DNA of 64,000 nt, from positions 140,796 through 204,795 of the forward strand of contig CAXXXF010000007.1 of NCBI GenBank assembly GCA_963667175.2, given 5' to 3'. Position 1 is the first letter of the stretch; every line of letters starts with the position of its first letter. The stretch is from Candidatus Latescibacterota bacterium (GTDB taxonomy: Bacteria; Latescibacterota; UBA2968; GCA-2709665). The position numbers and the translations under genes are program-made. This document shows, piece by piece, positions 11,171 through 21,653 of this stretch. A model generated the notes under the pieces. It searched no databases. It was not told the origin of the DNA and saw only the letters and a list, made by a program, of their open reading frames with translations.

Positions 11171-11935
11171 ATGCGAATTACGACCTGGAACGTGAACGGC
11201 CTCCGCGCCGCACTCCGCAAGGGCTTTGCCCGGCACGTCCGACGAATCTCGCCGGACGTGCTCCTCCTCCAGGAAGTCCGCGCGCTCCCCGAGCAACTGC
11301 CCGGCCGGTGGATGAATCCGCGCGGCTGGCATGTCCACTGGCATCCCGCGGAACGCAAGGGGTATTCCGGGGTTGCGATCTGGTCCCGCCATCGGATCGA
11401 GGTCCTCGGCAAGGGGATCCATGAGTCCGATCCGGAAGGACGCATCCTTCAGGCACGGGTAAACGGTGTCCGGGTGGTCAACGTCTACCTTCCCTCGGGC
11501 TCATCCAGCGAAGACCGTCAGAAGATCAAGGAAGACCTCTGGATGGCCAGGTTTCTGCCCTGGTCGAGGCAATACGCGAAACGGGACGAGCCCGTGATTC
11601 TTGGCGGCGATTTCAACGTCGCTCACACGGAGAGAGACATTTTCTATGCGAAAGGGAACGAAAAAAACTCGGGATTCCTGCCCCACGAAAGGCAGTGGAT
11701 GACCGACCTGCTGGCCGAGGGTTGGAACGACTTTGTCCGGCAGCATTTCGGAGACGTCCAGGGGCCCTATTCCTGGTGGTCCAATCGCGGGAGGGCCCGC
11801 GAACTGGACAGGGGCTGGCGAATCGACTACCTGCTCGGCAATGCCGCGGTCGCCGGACGTTTCCGTAGCGCCGCCGTTCACCGCCGGTCCGGGCTGACCG
11901 TTTCGGACCATGCCCCCGTCAGTATCGATCTCTAA
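11171..11935 (+). CDS. xth: Exodeoxyribonuclease III / AP endonuclease
   Basis: TWNVNGLRA, LQE, GYSGVA, GDFNVAH, GWRIDY, SDHAPV. Confidence 0.96.
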   Translation: MRITTWNVNGLRAALRKGFARHVRRISPDVLLLQEVRALPEQLPGRWMNPRGWHVHWHPAERKGYSGVAIWSRHRIEVLGKGIHESDPEGRILQARVNGVRVVNVYLPSGSSSEDRQKIKEDLWMARFLPWSRQYAKRDEPVILGGDFNVAHTERDIFYAKGNEKNSGFLPHERQWMTDLLAEGWNDFVRQHFGDVQGPYSWWSNRGRARELDRGWRIDYLLGNAAVAGRFRSAAVHRRSGLTVSDHAPVSIDL

Positions 11936-11998
11936 CGAATCCCGCGCAACACCCGTTCGGGTTCAGGCCCGCGGTCCACACGAAAAGGAGAGTCGCCC

Positions 11999-12745
11999 TT
12001 GACCATCCGACCCAACCGAGTCAAACGAATACTCGCCGACGGCGGCATCGCCTGCGTTGCGGGCGGTCTGACACATCCCGACGACGTCGACGCCTTTGGC
12101 CCCGTCGGCTTCGACGGCGTCTGGCTGGAAGGAGAACACGGCCCCGTAAACGCGGCCGACCTCGGCAACCTCACGAGGGCCAGCGACATCTGGGGAATGA
12201 CCTCGATCGTCAGGGTCAACCGCAACGATCAGGCCCTGATATACCGCACCCTGGACCGGGGCGCGCAGGGCATCGTCGTACCCCACGTCAACACGGAGGC
12301 GGAGGCGCGCAACGTCGTCGACGGCGGCAAATTCGCGCCGGCAGGCAAACGCGGCCTCTTCACCAGCCGCCAGGGCTATGGCGTCCCCGGCTACCTGCGC
12401 GCCGCGAACGACGAGACCCTTCTCGTCGTGCTCATCGAGGATATCGCCGCGGTTCAAAACCTGGATGCCATCCTCGGGGTGGATCAGATTGACGTTTTCT
12501 TTGTCGCTCCTTCGGATCTGGCCGCCTCGATGGGCCATATCGGAAACAACGACCATCCCGACGTTCAGCGCACGGTCGACGAGACCCTGGCCCGGATCGG
12601 GGACGCGGGACGCACGCCTGGCGCCCTGACCGGAAATGATAACGTGGAGAAATACACGGGCCTCGGCGCACGCTTTCTATTGACCAATATCGGACCCTGG
12701 ATCGCCGCCGGGGCGGCCGACTACCTGGGCCGGGCGCGCGGATAA
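11999..12745 (+). CDS. HpcH/HpaI-family aldolase
   Basis: EGEHGP, LDRGAQGIVVPHV, IED, APSDL; AAGGAG RBS with TTG start. Confidence 0.9.
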   Translation: MTIRPNRVKRILADGGIACVAGGLTHPDDVDAFGPVGFDGVWLEGEHGPVNAADLGNLTRASDIWGMTSIVRVNRNDQALIYRTLDRGAQGIVVPHVNTEAEARNVVDGGKFAPAGKRGLFTSRQGYGVPGYLRAANDETLLVVLIEDIAAVQNLDAILGVDQIDVFFVAPSDLAASMGHIGNNDHPDVQRTVDETLARIGDAGRTPGALTGNDNVEKYTGLGARFLLTNIGPWIAAGAADYLGRARG

Positions 12746-12858
12746 CGGGCTTCACGTCGACGGTGCGCCGCGAACCGGCTCACCCACCTGCCGAAACTCA
12801 GCAATCCATCCGGGGCCGTACCCCGGAAGTTCGAAGTCAGACCCGAAGCGAGAGCGCT

Positions 12859-15594
12859 ATGGAGACCCATGCCCATCCAGTACGACACCCCAGGACCCTG
12901 TTCAAGTCACAGGATCTGGGAGTCGCCCGCGAAAACATCGAGCGCCACGCGTGGGCGCGGCGATTTCTGGAGAATCTCCTGGAGGCGGTGGCCACGGTTC
13001 GCCACGTGACGGCGGACGATCTGAAGGATTGGATTCCCCGGGAAACGCCAAACAGCGAACTGTTTACCATGTGTCCCGCGTGCGAAGCGGCCCCGGTGCA
13101 CGGACACTATGAATGGAAACCGGAGAATCCCGACCAGCTGGTCTGCACGACCTGCGGGACCGTCTACCCCAATTCGGACTTCCCCGAAGAGGTGGTATTC
13201 AGGACCGACTTCGGCGGGGGTCAGGAAATCACGTACTACACGGGCCGGCACTGGGACCTCATCGGGTTTCCCTTTGTCTCGTCATGGACCGCCAATATCC
13301 GCGCCCGCAAATGCGAGTATATGGCGCGAATGGCGCGACAGTGCGCGCTGGCCTACGTCCTGACGCAGGAGGTCGGACACGCCGAAAACGCCAGGGATAT
13401 CCTCCTGCGATTCGCCGAGGTCTATCCCGGCTATATGGTTCACTCCGGGTACGGCGAATTCTCGGACGCGCCGGCGGAGGTCGCCGCGAGAAATATCCTG
13501 GATCTGCCCAGGCCGGAACTGGTGGTGCCGCCAAACCGGCCGGACCGAAAACTGCACGTGGGGTACTGGATGGCCGGACGCGCGACGGGCGTGGGCATGG
13601 AGGGCACGTTCGTCTCCGACGTCACCGTCGCCTACGACCTCACACGCGGCGCGAAGACCGACGGCCGACCCGTGTACACCCCGGTCGATTGCCGGAAGAT
13701 TGAACGCGACCTCCTGCTTGAAAGTACGATCCTGCTGCTCGCGGACCCGAACTTCAATAACAAGAGCGCGACCAACCGCTCTGCCGCGGGCCTTGTCGGC
13801 CTCTGTCTCGATGATCCGGACCTGGTCCGTTTTGGCCTGGACGGGTTCAATCATTTCGTCTACGACTGGTTCCTGGAAGACGGCATGAGTTCCGAATCGC
13901 CCGGGTACGGATTCATGACGCTCAACGGCATTCGGCATTTCGCCGACGCGGCGCATGGGTACTCCTTCCCCGCGGACGCCGCCTTGCCGGAAGGGCGCCG
14001 GCAGGAACTGGACGTCTACGGCGACAGCCGTTACAGGGCCGTGCTGGAGGGATACGTCGCCAGTCCCATGCCCGATCTGGGCTATGGCGTCATCGCCGAC
14101 GACGTAACCGCGTGCAGGATGTCCGTCGATATCGCCGATATCATCGCCGCCCGATACGGGGGCGCGAACCACGTCGCCCTCCTCGCCGAGCTGTGCGAAT
14201 TCGATCTGGATAATCACGGCGGGGAGTACGCCCTGTTCCACCGCGCCCCGGACTTGAAAGCCGACCCGTCGGCGCCCCTCGTCCTGACCGACCGGTTCTT
14301 TCCCGCCCTGCGCATCGGCCTCCTGCGCACCGGCGAACGCGGACGCGCGAGTACCGCTCTTCTAAGCGCCTCGGATTGGGGTGGACATCACCACGAGGAC
14401 AGTCTGAACCTTGTTTACTGGAAGGACGGGTACGAAGCCCTGACCGACCTCGGATACCTTTGGGACCGGCCCGACAAATTCAATACCGTTCGTTCCATCG
14501 CGCACAACACCGTGATCGTTGACGAGCAGGACCAGAAACGCGACGGGCGGGGCGGCAGCTTGCACCTGTTTGACACCGGCGGACCCGTAAAGGTGGCCGA
14601 GGTCTCGTCCCGGGCTTACGACGTCGACACCTATCGCCGCCTGTGCGCCGTAATCGACCACGGCGCCGGGGACAGCTATCTGCTCGACTGCTTCAGCGTC
14701 AACGGCGGCCGTGTTCACGATTATCTGTTCCACGGGCCGGCGGCGGAAGGCACGCTCCGGAACCTGGAGCTTCAACCGACCGACGCCGCCTGGCACGATC
14801 TGGAGAACGTGACGGCCGCTCGGACAGACGCGCCGTGGTCCATCCACTTCGACCGGGACGGCCAGCGGTTCACCGCCTACGCGCTGCCGGATGGCAGGGA
14901 ACAGGTGCTTGTCGGAAAGGGATGGGGCGAACGGGGCACCGGCTCACGCGAAAACGTCCGGACCGGGGAGACCGTTCCTTACGTCATCCGCCGCCGTACC
15001 GGCGCCCCCGCCGGCAGCGTCTATCTCGGCCTCTTCGACGTCAGTCCCCGTACCCGTCCGTTCGTAACCTCGGTGGAGCGCGTGACGTCCGGGACCCGCG
15101 ATGCCGTGGGTGTCCGTGTTACACACGAATCGGGCACAGATCTCGTAGCGGTCTGCCGGGAGGGTCGAACCGCTGTTCTCGACTTCCCGGAAGGCACTCT
15201 CGAATCGAATGGCCGCGTTTCCGTATTCTCCCTGGCGCACGACGGAAAACTGAGGTTCTCGTACCTTATCGGCGGCACGACGTCCAGACTGAACCTCCAC
15301 GTGCTCGAACTGCGGGACCCGGTTCTGGGTGGCGCAATTTCGGACGTGATCACGGACAACGTCAACAGCCTGTACCGAATCGACCGGCCGCTGACCGAAC
15401 GGGGTCTGGTCGGCGGCACGCTGCTGGTCCGGGGGGGACCCTATGACACGGGTTTTCCCATCCTTCACGTCGAATCGCACGACCGATCGGCACGCGTCTA
15501 CACCAAACGCGACGGTGTCGGGTACGATGCCATACCCGCCAAGACGTGGGAGATCGTATCCGGCGTCAGTACCGAACATCCAGCTAATGATTGA
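12859..15594 (+). CDS. Large heparinase II/III-like protein with N-terminal CxxC...CxxC insert
   Basis: HPRTL start, CPAC...CTTC, DGMSSESPGY, GHHHEDSLNL, AHNTVIVDE. Confidence 0.75.
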   Translation: METHAHPVRHPRTLFKSQDLGVARENIERHAWARRFLENLLEAVATVRHVTADDLKDWIPRETPNSELFTMCPACEAAPVHGHYEWKPENPDQLVCTTCGTVYPNSDFPEEVVFRTDFGGGQEITYYTGRHWDLIGFPFVSSWTANIRARKCEYMARMARQCALAYVLTQEVGHAENARDILLRFAEVYPGYMVHSGYGEFSDAPAEVAARNILDLPRPELVVPPNRPDRKLHVGYWMAGRATGVGMEGTFVSDVTVAYDLTRGAKTDGRPVYTPVDCRKIERDLLLESTILLLADPNFNNKSATNRSAAGLVGLCLDDPDLVRFGLDGFNHFVYDWFLEDGMSSESPGYGFMTLNGIRHFADAAHGYSFPADAALPEGRRQELDVYGDSRYRAVLEGYVASPMPDLGYGVIADDVTACRMSVDIADIIAARYGGANHVALLAELCEFDLDNHGGEYALFHRAPDLKADPSAPLVLTDRFFPALRIGLLRTGERGRASTALLSASDWGGHHHEDSLNLVYWKDGYEALTDLGYLWDRPDKFNTVRSIAHNTVIVDEQDQKRDGRGGSLHLFDTGGPVKVAEVSSRAYDVDTYRRLCAVIDHGAGDSYLLDCFSVNGGRVHDYLFHGPAAEGTLRNLELQPTDAAWHDLENVTAARTDAPWSIHFDRDGQRFTAYALPDGREQVLVGKGWGERGTGSRENVRTGETVPYVIRRRTGAPAGSVYLGLFDVSPRTRPFVTSVERVTSGTRDAVGVRVTHESGTDLVAVCREGRTAVLDFPEGTLESNGRVSVFSLAHDGKLRFSYLIGGTTSRLNLHVLELRDPVLGGAISDVITDNVNSLYRIDRPLTERGLVGGTLLVRGGPYDTGFPILHVESHDRSARVYTKRDGVGYDAIPAKTWEIVSGVSTEHPAND

Positions 15595-15619
15595 CAAATT
15601 CGGTCGATTTTGTTACGTT
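15591..15619 (+). promoter_or_regulatory. Putative sigma-70 promoter overlapping the upstream stop codon
   Basis: TTGACA-17 bp-TACGTT with an extended -10 TG. Confidence 0.6.
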
Positions 15620-15697
15620 GAAAGGTCTTATCCCAATCTTGCAACGCCAGCATTCGAAGGTTGACTCCAGGCTCGCACACCGCCGTCTCTAAGCCCT

Positions 15698-16663
15698 ATG
15701 TTAGACCAGATACTTCAGCCCATTCAGCCCCAGATCCGGCGTTTCGAAAGGCGATTCACGGAGACGCTGGCCTCCGACGTCAATCTGGTTCAGGCCATGG
15801 GCAGCCATATCCTGACGACGAAGGGCAAGATCATTCGTCCGGCCCTTTCTCTCCTTACCGCACAGGCCATCGGACGATGTTCGGACCGGGTGGTGGATGC
15901 CGCCGCCGGCATTGAAATCATTCACACGGCGACCCTGATCCACGATGACGTCATCGACCTTGCCGACAAACGCCGGGGCGCGGAGGTGCTCAACCTGAGA
16001 TGGGGCAATAAAGCAGCCGTTCTGATGGGCGACTTCCTGCTGGCCAGGGCATTGCAACTCCTGGTCGGTCTCGATTCCATGGAGGTCATGCGAGCCGCCA
16101 CACGCGCAGTCAGCCGGATGATCGAGGGTGAGATTCTGGAGGTGGAGAGCGGAAACGACGCTGAAGCGGCGCGCTATTTCAACATGATCGACAAGAAGAC
16201 GGCATCGCTCATGGCACTGGCCTGCGAGGTTGGCGCCATATTGGGGGGCGGCACCCCCGAGCAGGTCTCACGGATGTCCGCGTTTGGCAAGGAAGTGGGT
16301 ATCGCCTTCCAGATCACCGACGACCTGCTGGACTTTATCGGGGACGAAGCGTCACTCGGAAAGCCGGTGGGCACAGACGTCCGTGAGAAAAAACTGACGT
16401 TGCCACTGATTCGCGCTCTGGCCAATTGCCCCAACGGCGACGCCGAACAGATCCAGGCAAAAGTGCGCAACGGCATTGAAACCGATGCCGAACTCCAGGA
16501 CGTCTTCCATTTCGTACGGCGTTACGACGGCATCGAAGCCGCCCGCCGGGAAGCGCGGCAGTACGCCTCCTCCGGCCTGAAGAGCCTGGCCGAACTGAAT
16601 TCGTCGGACGCCAGAAATGCGCTGGAACTCGCCGTAAGACACGTGGTCGATCGACGTAAGTAG
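15698..16663 (+). CDS. Polyprenyl diphosphate synthase (IspB-like)
   Basis: HDDVID...RRG and FQITDDLLD aspartate-rich motifs, KKTA, GKPVGTD. Confidence 0.95.
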   Translation: MLDQILQPIQPQIRRFERRFTETLASDVNLVQAMGSHILTTKGKIIRPALSLLTAQAIGRCSDRVVDAAAGIEIIHTATLIHDDVIDLADKRRGAEVLNLRWGNKAAVLMGDFLLARALQLLVGLDSMEVMRAATRAVSRMIEGEILEVESGNDAEAARYFNMIDKKTASLMALACEVGAILGGGTPEQVSRMSAFGKEVGIAFQITDDLLDFIGDEASLGKPVGTDVREKKLTLPLIRALANCPNGDAEQIQAKVRNGIETDAELQDVFHFVRRYDGIEAARREARQYASSGLKSLAELNSSDARNALELAVRHVVDRRK

Positions 16664-16725
16664 GTCGACGCGACCCTATATCCAACTCCCGGATCCGTCG
16701 CGTTTACAGGAGTCAAGACCATAAA

Positions 16726-19278
16726 ATGAAAAGAGAAAACGTCCGAATCCTGATTATCCTCGCGTCCATCCTGCTGGCCCTGTACTACCTCTTTCCGACG
16801 TACCGGTATTATTTCGACCCGCCGGCGGACCCTGATCGAATTGAAGCCGTCAAACGGGAAGCCGTCAACCTGGGCCTGGACCTCCAGGGCGGAATCCATC
16901 TGGTTCTCGAAGTGGACCCCACCGGTCTTTCCGAAGACGAACGGACGGACGTTGTGGACCGCGTCAAGGAAATCATCACCAACCGGGTCGATCAGTTCGG
17001 CGTGGCCGAACCCATTATCCATAGAGAGGGCGAGTGGCGTATCGTGGTCGAACTTCCCGGCGTACAGGACGTGGAGCGTGCCAAGAACCTCATACAGACG
17101 CAGGCGCGCCTCGAATTCAAGATCCTCGCGCCGGTACCCGACCGCTTCGGCGTACTCGACAAAATCGAAACGCGCCTGGCCGCGCGCGCCGGGGAAGACA
17201 CCGCGAGAAAGGACGCGGCCGGCCTCTTTGAAGAGGACGCCGTGGATGAAAAACCCTCAATCAAACGGTACGTGCTCTCGCTCGGCGAAGATCTGATCGT
17301 TCCCGCCGACAGGATACAGACGGTAAAGGCACTCCTGTTTGAAGATCCGGAAATCGTGGAACTCATCCCCGGCGATACCCAGTTCCTGTGGGGAAATGAA
17401 GTGGAGGAACTCGGAGACGGCCAGAAGTACCGCCGGCTCTATTATCTGTATAAACGCATTGAAATGACCGGCGAAATCGTCCAGGATGCCAAGGTCACAA
17501 AGGGTCAGAGTTTTGAAAACGCGGGTCAGCCCATTATCAACTTTACCACAACGAACGACGGCATCAAGCTCTTCTCCCGTGTGACCGGGGCCCACCTCGA
17601 AGAACGCATGGCCATCATTCTCGACGACCAGGTCTACTCGGCGCCCACCATTCGCGCAAAAATCCGGGATGGGCGGTCCATTATCGAAGGCAGCGGCGAC
17701 CTGGAAGAGGCAAAGGACCTGGCTATCGTGCTGCGGGCAGGGGCCCTGCCGGCCAACGCGCCGATTGTGGAAGACCGGACGGTTGGTCCTTCGCTGGGAA
17801 GGGACTCCATCGAGCAGGGACGGAAAGCCGCGCTGATCGGCCTGGCCATTGTCATGGTATTTATGATTCTCTACTACGGCCTCTCCGGGCTCGTGGCCAA
17901 TTTTGCGCTATTCCTGAACCTCGTGTTTGTGATGGCCATCCTGGCCGGCTTCGGCGGCACGCTCACCCTTCCCGGAATCGCCGGGATTATCCTCACGATC
18001 GGTATGGCCGTGGACGCCAACGTGCTCATTTTCGAGCGCATTCGCGAGGAACTGCGCAACGGCAAGACCCTTCGCGTCGCTGTCGAAGACGGGTACGGCC
18101 GGGCGCTGCTTACGATTGTCGACGCCAATATCACCACGGTCATTACCGCGGTCGTGCTTTACCAGTTTGGAACGGGTCCGATCCGGGGCTTCGCGCTGAC
18201 GCTTATGGTCGGTATCCTCTGCAGCATGTACACCGCGCTGTTCGTCACACGGACCCTTTTCAATATCGCGATCAATCGCTGGCAACTCAGCTCCATCAGC
18301 ATCGGCAGACTGACCATATTCCGCCGACCGTCATTCGACTTCCTCAGTCTGCGCAAGCCCGCGTTCGTGCTATCGGCGTTTGTTATCCTGATCGGTCTGG
18401 GTTCCACAATTACCAGGGGTGGCTACAACCTCGGCATCGACTTCGCGGGAGGCACGCTGCTTGAGTTGCACTTTGATCCTCCGGTGCAAGTCGCCAGCCT
18501 TCGGGATGCCCTTGAAGACGTCGACGTGAAGGGGGAAAAACGGGACCTGAGACACAGCGAAATCAAGGTTTTCGGACCTGCTTCCGATATTCTGATTCGG
18601 GTTGAAGAAGAAGCGGAAGGGACAGTCACGGCGGACGCCATAAAGAACACGCTCAAGGCGCAATTCGCGTCCAGCATTCCGGATCCCGCGCAGTGGCTGA
18701 GGCGCCAGGAGGCCGTTGGGCCCAAGATTGGCAGCGAACTCAAGCAGAACGCGGTCAACGCGATTCTCGTCTCTCTGGTTCTGATTGTGCTCTACATCTG
18801 GTGGCGCTTCAAGCAGATTCAGTTCGGTATCGCCGCCGTCGTGGCTCTGTTCCACGACGTGCTGATCACGTTGGGCGTATTTTCCCTGATGGACAAGGAG
18901 ATCTCTCTTGCCATCGTGGCTGCGCTGCTCACGATCGTCGGTTATTCGTTGAACGACACCATCGTGGTGTACGACCGTATTCGCGAAAATCGAAAGCTTT
19001 ACCGGCGAGACAGTGCGGCAGAGGTCATCAACCGGAGCATCAACGAGAGCCTCAATCGTACCGTTCTCACCTCCGGCACAACGTTGCTCGTTGTCCTGGG
19101 CCTGCTGCTCCTCGGCGGGGAGGTCATTCGCGATTTTGCGTTTGCACTGATGATCGGGGTGATCGTAGGGACCTATTCCTCGTCGTTCGTGGCCAGTCCT
19201 CTCGTGCTGGTCTGGCAGAATGCGGCGGACCGCCGCAAGGAGGCGGCAGCCGCGACCGCCCGCCGCGCGCGCGCGTAA
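16726..19278 (+). CDS. secDF: Fused protein translocase SecD-SecF
   Basis: LGLDLQGG, GMAVDANVLIFERIREE, GIDFAGG, GYSLNDTIVVYDRIRE in one frame. Confidence 0.97.
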   Translation: MKRENVRILIILASILLALYYLFPTYRYYFDPPADPDRIEAVKREAVNLGLDLQGGIHLVLEVDPTGLSEDERTDVVDRVKEIITNRVDQFGVAEPIIHREGEWRIVVELPGVQDVERAKNLIQTQARLEFKILAPVPDRFGVLDKIETRLAARAGEDTARKDAAGLFEEDAVDEKPSIKRYVLSLGEDLIVPADRIQTVKALLFEDPEIVELIPGDTQFLWGNEVEELGDGQKYRRLYYLYKRIEMTGEIVQDAKVTKGQSFENAGQPIINFTTTNDGIKLFSRVTGAHLEERMAIILDDQVYSAPTIRAKIRDGRSIIEGSGDLEEAKDLAIVLRAGALPANAPIVEDRTVGPSLGRDSIEQGRKAALIGLAIVMVFMILYYGLSGLVANFALFLNLVFVMAILAGFGGTLTLPGIAGIILTIGMAVDANVLIFERIREELRNGKTLRVAVEDGYGRALLTIVDANITTVITAVVLYQFGTGPIRGFALTLMVGILCSMYTALFVTRTLFNIAINRWQLSSISIGRLTIFRRPSFDFLSLRKPAFVLSAFVILIGLGSTITRGGYNLGIDFAGGTLLELHFDPPVQVASLRDALEDVDVKGEKRDLRHSEIKVFGPASDILIRVEEEAEGTVTADAIKNTLKAQFASSIPDPAQWLRRQEAVGPKIGSELKQNAVNAILVSLVLIVLYIWWRFKQIQFGIAAVVALFHDVLITLGVFSLMDKEISLAIVAALLTIVGYSLNDTIVVYDRIRENRKLYRRDSAAEVINRSINESLNRTVLTSGTTLLVVLGLLLLGGEVIRDFAFALMIGVIVGTYSSSFVASPLVLVWQNAADRRKEAAAATARRARA

Positions 19279-19298
19279 CACGGCAACCCGAATGCCAC

Positions 19299-19331
19299 AA
19301 AGAGCTCGGCGAGAATACCGCCGGGCTCTTT
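19299..19331. terminator. Bidirectional terminator between convergent secDF and PBP1A
   Basis: AAAGAGCTCGGCG-loop-CGCCGGGCTCTTT. Confidence 0.75.
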
Positions 19332-19376
19332 CTATTTGTCCGCGACCGGTTTGACCGGTCAGTGCGGAAAGGGGCG

Positions 19377-21527
19377 CTAAAACTGATACGCCCGTTTCGC
19401 GTTCTCCCGATCCTGTTTCCGGAGGTCGGGCTGCCGGACGACAGCCGCCGTATGGTCCGGACAGGGAGACGTCGGTTCGGCGCCGGGCACGAAGACTTCC
19501 TCGAATCGCGTCGGGCAGTAAATGGACGCCACGTCAAATGTATCGCCGCATACCTCAAGTTGGGCGACGCCCGGCGGCAGCGCGAAATCTTCCTCGGGTA
19601 AATTGAGTGCGCGATGTACTTTCTTCATGAATTTCGCCCACACCGGCAACGCCACGACCGCGCCTGACATCCTGCTTCCGAGAGAAACCCGATAATCGTC
19701 GAAGCCAATCCACACGCCGGCCACGATCTGCGGCGTAAAGCCCACAAACCACGTGTCCGCGAAATTCTGTGTGGTACCCGTCTTTCCGGCTGCCGGCCGC
19801 CTGAACCCGTAGTATGATCGAGCGCCTGTACCCGTACCGCGCCAGGTACCCTTTGGCGTCCGCTTGTACATATCCATGACGGACCGGAGCAGGCTCGTTG
19901 CAACAGCCGCCGCCTCCGCACTGAGCGCCTCGTGCTCTTTGCCCTGAACCCGGCTTTCGACAACGTTGCCATCCTTGTCCGCGATCTTCAAGATGGCGAC
20001 CGGTTCCACCAGGATGCCGCCGTTGGGCAACGTCCCGTATGCCGCTACGAGGTCGATCAATTTCACTTCACTGGTGCCCATGCCCAGGGACTTCACCGCC
20101 CGGATTTCGCTGCTGATCCCCATCCGGTTCGCCAGCCGCACCGCGGTCCGCGGTCCGACGTCTTCCAGAATTTTCGTGGTCACCACGTTCCGGGACATGG
20201 CGAGAGCCTCCCGCATGGTCATCCAGCCCAAGAACTTCCGATCGTAGTTCTGAGGCCGCCACAAGCTGCCGTCATACATCTCCACGGTGACGGCCGTATC
20301 CGGATAACGGCGCGTGGGTGGGATCTTCTGTGCGATTGCCGACGCGTAGATGATCGGCTTGAATGCCGATCCGGGCTGGCGCAGCGCCTGAACGGCCCGG
20401 TTGAACTTCGTCTTGGTGAAGTCGCGGCCGCCTACCATCGCCAGAATGTGTCCCGTACGGGGATCCAGCGCGACCAGCGCTCCCTGTAGCACCGTCGCCC
20501 TCAACGTGTCTTCCCGGGTTCTGATACCAGACCAGAACGCCTTATCCGGCCGGCTCCACCGTTTTTTCGCATCCACCCGTTTCTGTGTCGCATTCAGGTG
20601 GCTCAGCAGGGTCTCCTCGGCAATGGACTGGATTCGACTGTCCACCGTCGTATGCACCGACGCGCCGTCCTTGTACAGGAGATTCCAGCCGTAACTGTTC
20701 TCCAGGTATCGACGAATGTACTCCGTGAAATACGGCGCTTCGCCGATCTCTTCATCGGCGGTATCCTTCAAGACAATGGGCAACCGCGTGGCGGACAGGT
20801 ATTGGTCCTGAGTGATTCTGCCCGTGTTTCGCATCAGACGAAGTACGAGGTCGCGACGATCTATAGCGCGTTGTGGATGGTTGATCGGTGAATAGAAGTA
20901 GGGTCCCCTGAGCAGTCCGACCAGCAGTGCTGACTCGTCCAGCGTCAGTTCCGACGCGTCCTTGCCGAAGAACCGCTCCGCGGCGGATTGAAGGCCGTAC
21001 GCGCCGTTGCCGAACAGGACCTTGTTGAAATAGATCTCGATGATTTCCCGTTTCGTGTACGTCCGTTCGAGCAGCACCGCCGTCAGTTGCTCCTTTACCT
21101 TCCGCGTCCACGTCTGTTTCTGATCCAGAAACAGATTCCGGGCGAGTTGCTGCGTAACCGTGCTGGCGCCGTGGCCCTTCAGACTGCCTTCCTGCGTCAG
21201 ATTGCGCAATACGGCGCGAAAGATATCGGGCAGGCTCACGCCCCAGTGCCGCCAGAAGAGTTGATCCTCCGTCGCGGTCAGCGCCCAGATTGCGGTGTCG
21301 GGAATCCGGTCGTACGTGATCGGCACCCGATTCTCGACCCAGAACCGCTTCAGCACCGCTCCGTCGGCGGAAATGATGCTCGTGGTCCGCGCGGGTTCCA
21401 CCTCCTCCAGCTGCGCAAACGACGGCAACTCGTCCTTGAATCGCAGCACCACCCCTCCCGCCACGCCCGCGTATACCAGCACACAGACACCGCAATAGAG
21501 CAGGATGCGTCGCACGTAGAATTTCAT
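19377..21527 (-). CDS. Class A penicillin-binding protein (PBP1A family)
   Basis: N-terminal TM; transglycosylase ED..FWRHWG and GASTVTQQLARN; transpeptidase SAFK, SRN, KTG. Confidence 0.96.
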   Translation of the reverse strand: MKFYVRRILLYCGVCVLVYAGVAGGVVLRFKDELPSFAQLEEVEPARTTSIISADGAVLKRFWVENRVPITYDRIPDTAIWALTATEDQLFWRHWGVSLPDIFRAVLRNLTQEGSLKGHGASTVTQQLARNLFLDQKQTWTRKVKEQLTAVLLERTYTKREIIEIYFNKVLFGNGAYGLQSAAERFFGKDASELTLDESALLVGLLRGPYFYSPINHPQRAIDRRDLVLRLMRNTGRITQDQYLSATRLPIVLKDTADEEIGEAPYFTEYIRRYLENSYGWNLLYKDGASVHTTVDSRIQSIAEETLLSHLNATQKRVDAKKRWSRPDKAFWSGIRTREDTLRATVLQGALVALDPRTGHILAMVGGRDFTKTKFNRAVQALRQPGSAFKPIIYASAIAQKIPPTRRYPDTAVTVEMYDGSLWRPQNYDRKFLGWMTMREALAMSRNVVTTKILEDVGPRTAVRLANRMGISSEIRAVKSLGMGTSEVKLIDLVAAYGTLPNGGILVEPVAILKIADKDGNVVESRVQGKEHEALSAEAAAVATSLLRSVMDMYKRTPKGTWRGTGTGARSYYGFRRPAAGKTGTTQNFADTWFVGFTPQIVAGVWIGFDDYRVSLGSRMSGAVVALPVWAKFMKKVHRALNLPEEDFALPPGVAQLEVCGDTFDVASIYCPTRFEEVFVPGAEPTSPCPDHTAAVVRQPDLRKQDRENAKRAYQF

Positions 21528-21653
21528 CACGTTGCAGACTTCCAATCTGAATCAGGCCCGGGGCTCAGCCGACGTCCCGTATTTCCGGAGGAGCGCCGGG
21601 AATTTCGCATCAGGTTACTTCCTGCAGTCCGATCGTACCCGAAGACGAGCATT

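Noticed and set aside
16726-19278. SecD-SecF fusion as a novelty
   Set aside because: Fused SecDF is common in many phyla.
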